From positions 62,001 through 126,000 of IMG/VR virus record IMGVR_UViG_3300012931_000759: a stretch of DNA of 64,000 bases; one strand, written 5' to 3'. The translations under genes were made by a program, and so were the position numbers. Under the pieces are notes generated by a model. It was given only the letters and a program-made list of their open reading frames with translations. It had not been told where the DNA came from and did not search any database. How positions within the stretch are numbered: position 1 is the first letter of the stretch; each line of letters opens with the position of its first letter. Shown here in pieces: positions 58,884 through 64,000 of this stretch.

Positions 58884-59498
58884 ATGACACTCAAATACGA
58901 CCAGTTGGCCGACGCATTGGCCAAACTTAAGTTCCCGGAGCAGGGGAGCGATCCTACGCCGTATGCGAACGACGGGTACATGTACTCGAAGGATGTGGCC
59001 GGGGTCACCGAGCTCCATTATATGGACGACAGCGGGGATATCACTAGGCTGACCGACGACGGCTATGTGGGTCCGCACCATAGGCTACTGTCGGTCCGGA
59101 CAAGGGTTGGTGATCCGGCGGCCGATCCCCCGAAAGGGTTCCTGTACACCAAGCTCAGCGGCGTAGGCCAGGTCGAATTGTTCTATATGAACGGTTCCGG
59201 CGGCGTGTCGCAGCTCACGGCGGATGGATATCTCGATGTGGGTAAAGCGCACGACGACAGCTTAGATGCAGTCGGAGGTGAGACCTATCTTGCTCTGACT
59301 GCTGCGCCGCAGTTTGCCTCTGGGAAAGCCTCGGGTCGTAAACTGGATGTGTACCGCAATGGCTTACTGCTGAAGTGGGCGGCCGCGCCTGTCGGCAACA
59401 GTCAATGGAAATACAACGCTGGAGCGCAGCAGGTTGAGTTTGGAGGATCGCTGGAAGCCACAGATTGGATCCGGGCGGTATACAAATCGTACTCCTAA
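58884..59498 (+). CDS. putative structural protein sharing modules with the fibre genes
   Basis: two GYxYxKD..ELxYMD modules and a VYRNG domain. Confidence 0.65.
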   Translation: MTLKYDQLADALAKLKFPEQGSDPTPYANDGYMYSKDVAGVTELHYMDDSGDITRLTDDGYVGPHHRLLSVRTRVGDPAADPPKGFLYTKLSGVGQVELFYMNGSGGVSQLTADGYLDVGKAHDDSLDAVGGETYLALTAAPQFASGKASGRKLDVYRNGLLLKWAAAPVGNSQWKYNAGAQQVEFGGSLEATDWIRAVYKSYS

Positions 59499-59568
59499 CT
59501 AGAGATGACAGCTTGGAAAGACCTGGAGGCGCCCTTGTTCAGAGTGCGCCATTGGAGGCCTTTGCCAA

Positions 59569-59865
59569 ATGACCCTGAAGTGCAACCAGTTGGCCGACGC
59601 TCTGGCCAAGTTGAAATTCCCAGAACAGGGAAGCGATCCTACGTCCTATCCGAACGATGGGTACCTGTATGCGAAGGATGTGGCTGGCAGAACCGAACTT
59701 CACTACATGGACGATTCTGGCGCCGTAACCCAGGTTACCACCGGCGGTCACCTAGATTTGGCAAGCGCGCCAGCCGGGGGCGATCTTTCGGGCACTTTCC
59801 CGTCTCCGACTGTCGGCAAGGTACAGGGCAAGGCGAATCTGCCGAGGTTGTGCCTGCACGCATGA
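59569..59865 (+). pseudogene. truncated paralog of the 58884 gene
   Basis: near-identical N-terminus MTLK..QLADALAKLKFPEQGSDPT, then GGDLSGTFPSP and an abrupt end. Confidence 0.6.
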
Positions 59866-60060
59866 TGTAAATCAACAAGAATGACGATTCCTTGGCAGTG
59901 GACGGAGGCGTGACTGAACCAAAATCGACATACCACCAACAAGACCGGGGGTACTACACAGGCCAACTTTGGCCTAATAAGCTTCGACATACACTACAGG
60001 GTGAACAAGATAGGCAGTCTCCCACAGATTCCATCATAGCGGAATTTCTGAAAGGCACAT

Positions 60061-61182
60061 ATGTTTCCAATATATTTAGACAACCACGCGACCACTAGGC
60101 CGGATCCGCGCGTCCTGGAGGCGATGGATCCTTGGTTGCGGACCGAGTACGGCAATCCTGCCAGCCGGTCTCATCAACATGGCTGGAGAGCCGAGGAGGC
60201 CGTCGAATTGGCCCGCGCGCAGGTCGCGGCCCTCGTGGGAGCGAAGTCCTCGGAGATTTTCTTTACAGCCGGAGCCACCGAATCCAACAACATTGTGCTG
60301 AAGGGCCTTGTCGGAGGGATTGTAGCCACAGCTGTAGAGCACAAGTCCGTCCTAGCTCCATGCACATGGATAGGGGTCCGGTTCCCTAGGCGCATTGTGT
60401 TCGTGGGTGTAGACCACACCGGTACAGTTGATCCGGAGGATATGGTCGACAAGGTAGATCCGCATATCGGCCTGGTGTCGACCATGCTCGCGAACAATGA
60501 GGTTGGGGCGATACAGCCGGTCGGTGAGGTGGTGCATCTCGTAGCTGGCTGCGGTACGCTTGTACATTCGGACATGGCGCAGGCCGTCGGAAGGATTCCG
60601 GTTGATCTTGAGGCCCTAGGCGTTCACTTTGCCTCTTTCTCGGCACACAAGATGTACGGCCCGAAGGGGATCGGCGCTCTGTATATCCGCGAGGAGGTGG
60701 AGCATCTGCTGACGCCGCTCGTCCATGGTGGCGGTCAGGAACGCGGCATGAGGAGCGGTACGCTGAATGTTCCTGCGATCGTGGGTTTCGGAAAGGCCTG
60801 CGAGATCGCGACGGCGGAGATGGCTGCGGAATCGATCCGGATCAGCAGGCTTCGCGATACTCTACAGGAGTCGATCATAGATGCTGTTCCTGGCGTGGTT
60901 ATCCATGGCGGTCACAATCGCTTGCCAGGCAACCTCAGTGTCTCGCTGCCCTGCCGCGACATGGATGCTTTCATGGCGTTCGTGGCCGACGAGGTGTCGC
61001 TATCGTTCGGAAGCGCCTGTATGTCGAATTCCGGGAAGTCGCACGTGTTGGAGGCGATGGGTGTAAGCGACGACGAGGCACGTCGCACTGTGAGGATCGG
61101 CCTCGGGCGCTTTAATACCGAGGATGAAATATCCAAGGCTGTGGATGCTATTGTCCGAGCCCTTGACACGGCTAACAGGTAA
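60061..61182 (+). CDS. iscS: cysteine desulfurase (IscS/NifS class I)
   Basis: YLDNHATT, GNPASRSH, SAHKMYGPKG, RSGT, SFGSAC. Confidence 0.9.
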   Translation: MFPIYLDNHATTRPDPRVLEAMDPWLRTEYGNPASRSHQHGWRAEEAVELARAQVAALVGAKSSEIFFTAGATESNNIVLKGLVGGIVATAVEHKSVLAPCTWIGVRFPRRIVFVGVDHTGTVDPEDMVDKVDPHIGLVSTMLANNEVGAIQPVGEVVHLVAGCGTLVHSDMAQAVGRIPVDLEALGVHFASFSAHKMYGPKGIGALYIREEVEHLLTPLVHGGGQERGMRSGTLNVPAIVGFGKACEIATAEMAAESIRISRLRDTLQESIIDAVPGVVIHGGHNRLPGNLSVSLPCRDMDAFMAFVADEVSLSFGSACMSNSGKSHVLEAMGVSDDEARRTVRIGLGRFNTEDEISKAVDAIVRALDTANR

Positions 61183-61270
61183 GGATAAGATGTTGGAGCA
61201 ATCTGCTGTTGGCCAAAAAGATTCCTAACCATAACTATTAATACCTTTGTATTACTACATGGAGAAACTA

Positions 61271-61620
61271 GTGACGACCCGAGAAGCGTGCGAAACATTG
61301 GGTGTTCATCCGAACACGCTTTGGCGATGGGAAACCAAAGGGAACCAAGATTATCTACGCCCGAGTGAGCACCAATGACCAACGCCCCGACCTTGAAAAT
61401 CAAATCCGATTTCTCAAGAGTCATTGACGTTTCTGAGGCATATACGAGTAAGACTTGTTCCTATTGTGGAAAAATATACAACATAGGAAGCAAGAAAGTC
61501 TTACGGTGCGGTTGCGGAGCAACCGTGGATCGAGATTTAAATGGCGCACGGGGAATTTATCTCCGTGCCTTGATGGCTATATCCGTTCCTGCGGATAGCG
61601 GGAATGTAACCGTCTGTTAG
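61271..61620 (+). mobile_element. internally deleted IS607 relic
   Basis: MerR HTH EACETLGVHPNTLWRW, then IIYARVST.DQ..DLENQ, joined to TnpB C-terminus EAYTSKTCS.CG..DRDLNGARGI. Confidence 0.85.
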
Positions 61621-61677
61621 GTTTGCCCAGCTATGGGTAAATCTAGATAGGCGGAAAGGTAGCAGGAGAATGGAACC

Positions 61678-62106
61678 ATGAGAAAGATTTTTCTGATCTT
61701 AGCAATCCTGGTCGCGTTTGCGGTCGGATCAGCGTGCTCGCGTAAAGTCACGCAAATCACTCCGACGAAACCCACTATACAGCAAAAGACCGAATTGTCG
61801 CAGGATGTCCCAGTTCTCAAGCCCCGATGGACAGTGTCTATCGTGGACCATTGGCTCGTTCGGCGCCCATCGGGCCAGGTCAAGGACCTGGTTGCTATCA
61901 CGTTCGTAGTCAAAAACACGGCTCCAAAGGACGTTAAGGTCCGGGTTATCTGTAATTTCGCCGATGACGGATCCCTGTTCGGCGAGAGTATTCCGCAGAG
62001 GATCGGCGCCAATTCCGATGCCAAGTTGATGGTGCGGGGATTTCGGCGTTGTCCGGATGAGCTCAGCCGGGAATCGTTCGACTGCCGCGTCGAGCCGGTG
62101 AGCTAA
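61678..62106 (+). CDS. putative lipoprotein
   Basis: signal peptide with GSAC lipobox-like motif. Confidence 0.65.
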   Translation: MRKIFLILAILVAFAVGSACSRKVTQITPTKPTIQQKTELSQDVPVLKPRWTVSIVDHWLVRRPSGQVKDLVAITFVVKNTAPKDVKVRVICNFADDGSLFGESIPQRIGANSDAKLMVRGFRRCPDELSRESFDCRVEPVS

Positions 62107-62108
62107 CC

Positions 62109-62555
62109 ATGTGCTGGAGTAGCAAACTGAAGACATCATTAGGGTTGAAGGTAAATGCCAACAAAGTGCCCGGCCTTCCCACACTTGCCTCCTACGAGCG
62201 TGCGCTGGCAATTTTGATCGAAGAGTGCGCAAAGAGGCTTGACCCGTCCGCCGTGTCGAAAGCCGTGTCGTCTGTCACGGTCGAATGGTGGGATAAGATA
62301 GCTCCACGGCCGTCTACAGGTGTACTTGATACCGTGGTGGTGGATGGCGATGCGATCTACAGCGGCCTGACAATCGGGACGGTGTGTAAGGTTGCCTGGC
62401 GCGGAAAGTTCTACAGGAGCGCGTTCTGCCACGAGATTTTACACGTTGTCGGGGCGGTAGCCCTGAATGACGCCGATCCTGGACATGTCAACAATCTCCT
62501 ATGGAAAGAGCTGGAATCAGCGGCAAACGGTCGACTGGCGGCCGAGCAGCTCTAA
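62109..62555 (+). CDS. HExxH-containing hypothetical protein
   Basis: FCHEILH..H. Confidence 0.55.
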   Translation: MCWSSKLKTSLGLKVNANKVPGLPTLASYERALAILIEECAKRLDPSAVSKAVSSVTVEWWDKIAPRPSTGVLDTVVVDGDAIYSGLTIGTVCKVAWRGKFYRSAFCHEILHVVGAVALNDADPGHVNNLLWKELESAANGRLAAEQL

Positions 62556-62572
62556 CTCTGCTAGGAGGGCCG

Positions 62573-63136
62573 ATGGCAGGCAAGAAAAGGAAGGCGTCTT
62601 GGACCAAGGCGCAGCTGGACACTCTTCACGAATGTTGGAAGGCCTCACAGACTCGCCAGAAGTACTTAGAACTTGTCGCGCAGAGGATGCCGGAGATCCC
62701 GCCACCCACGGCGCTGTTGCTTGCCCGAAAGCTTTCACGATCCGACCGCGACTGGCAGATGACGGCCAGGCGGAAGGAGCGCGAGTGCGAGGAGCGCCAG
62801 CTGGCCAAGGAGCGGAACCGGCAGGACAGGTTGCGTCGTCACGACGAGCGGCAGCGTGCCAAGGAGTGGAAAGGGCAGCGGGAGGCGATACGTGAGGCGC
62901 TGTCCAAGAAGCACGCCGAACAGGTTGAGGAGGTTGTGGGCAGTGAGTTCTTCTTTTGCCCGGATACACGCCAGCACGTGTGTCACCTCTCCTGCGTGTT
63001 TAGAGTGTTCTCGAAGGACGACAAGTACGGTTTTGTACATGGTGGACCGTGCGATAAGTGCGAGCGCATGGATGAGCATATCCCAGCCTTGGAACGGATA
63101 ATTGGAGGTTTAGGCGATGAAGGACAAAAATCTTGA
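62573..63136 (+). CDS. hypothetical protein (coiled coil, Cys cluster)
   Basis: AGGAGG RBS. Confidence 0.6.
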   Translation: MAGKKRKASWTKAQLDTLHECWKASQTRQKYLELVAQRMPEIPPPTALLLARKLSRSDRDWQMTARRKERECEERQLAKERNRQDRLRRHDERQRAKEWKGQREAIREALSKKHAEQVEEVVGSEFFFCPDTRQHVCHLSCVFRVFSKDDKYGFVHGGPCDKCERMDEHIPALERIIGGLGDEGQKS

Positions 63137-63614
63137 CGATATCAGACCGGCAAGGGGTGTGAAGCTGGGACACAAGGCTGCTCCTCAGCCGCAGCGGTCG
63201 GTAAGGGCGCAGGTAGTCAAGGATGTCCAGCAGCCCACCAGCGACATTTCTCCGCCTACCGAGGAGGCCGCCAAAATTGTCCTGGAGAACAATAGGGCCA
63301 AGGAGGTTCTGATCGAGGCGATCAAGGGCGTCAACCGCCTGATGAACAGGCGCATCCTACCCGAGAACCGGTCGGTCAGGGAAAACGACGAAGAGAAGGT
63401 GGCTATAACGGATCTGGTAAATGCTGCCATCGTCATGGAGGGCCTTAGCCCCGGCGAGGGACTGCTTGGAATGGCAACCTTGGCCGTACGGCAGGGACTG
63501 TCGCTGCGCGACGCTGGCAACCATCTGGCGTACGAACTGGAGCTGGCACGCCGCGAATTAGCCGAGCTGCGCAAGCGCCTGGATATCTGTGAGAAGACCA
63601 AGTCCGATGGCTGA
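63117..63614 (+). CDS. hypothetical protein
   Basis: GGAGG RBS. Confidence 0.6.
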   Translation: MKDKNLDDIRPARGVKLGHKAAPQPQRSVRAQVVKDVQQPTSDISPPTEEAAKIVLENNRAKEVLIEAIKGVNRLMNRRILPENRSVRENDEEKVAITDLVNAAIVMEGLSPGEGLLGMATLAVRQGLSLRDAGNHLAYELELARRELAELRKRLDICEKTKSDG

Positions 63615-63779
63615 TGCTCACGGCGTGATATCCTCCGTACTAGAGGAGCTGGACACTGAATATACAGAGTACCAGGAACTCCACTGTAGGTACCATATAC
63701 GCGAGGACGATGTCGCAAAGATCGTCCACAAGCGGCTTGTTGAGCTGTGTAAGCGGCTCTTGAGGGAGATACCCAGATA

Positions 63780-64000
63780 ATGACGGATCCGGGAATTGTC
63801 CTCGGCGACACGCTTCGCCAGTTTAAGATTAGGGCGAGGGTCAAGCAGTGCCGCCGTGAGGGGGCGTTCCTCGTCTGCGATATCATGCTGGAGCCAGGCG
63901 GCAAGGTCAGGCAGATAGAGCGGCACAGTATGGAGATTGCGCTTGCGATCCGTGCTACAGTCGAGCCGCTGGTGTATCCAGTGCCCTCCGAGGGTATTGT
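63780..64000 (+). CDS. FtsK-like DNA translocase, N-terminal part (runs off window)
   Basis: LRQFKIRARV..EG..DIMLEPGGKVRQIE..EIALAI resembles the FtsK alpha domain. Confidence 0.55.
   Translation, partial: MTDPGIVLGDTLRQFKIRARVKQCRREGAFLVCDIMLEPGGKVRQIERHSMEIALAIRATVEPLVYPVPSEGI

Overview
The window reads as part of a large (jumbo-like), GC-rich dsDNA bacteriophage genome using the standard genetic code. Genes are densely packed and almost all on the + strand. In order: (1) a four-gene ubiquitin-like conjugation candidate (putative E2-like protein, JAB peptidase, small Ubl ending in Gly-Ala, ThiF/E1), interrupted by an HNH gene (261-3321); (2) a dispersed tRNA array (~3.6-16.2 kb) mixing canonical tRNAs with unusual ones (Ile-UAU with a long variable arm, Asn with a 49-nt structured insert inside the anticodon, a 179-nt expanded Leu-like RNA, an 8/4 tRNA-like RNA, a chimera and remnants), interspersed with glycosyltransferases, a nucleoside hydrolase and HNH genes; (3) accessory genes for translation (EF-Ts, RF1-like, Pth2, YqeY), nucleotide pools, DNA methylation (including a NaeI-like MTase next to a NaeI-nuclease/NUDIX fusion), cell-wall remodelling and ADP-ribose removal; (4) YacG gyrase inhibitor plus a GyrB carrying two inteins; (5) a modular, repeat-rich tail-fibre-like gene family interrupted by an IS607/TnpB element, then an IscS-like desulfurase and the start of an FtsK-like gene. 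Many small deletion scars, frameshifts and gene fusions suggest frequent microhomology-mediated deletion. All assignments come from motif recognition by eye; no searches were run.
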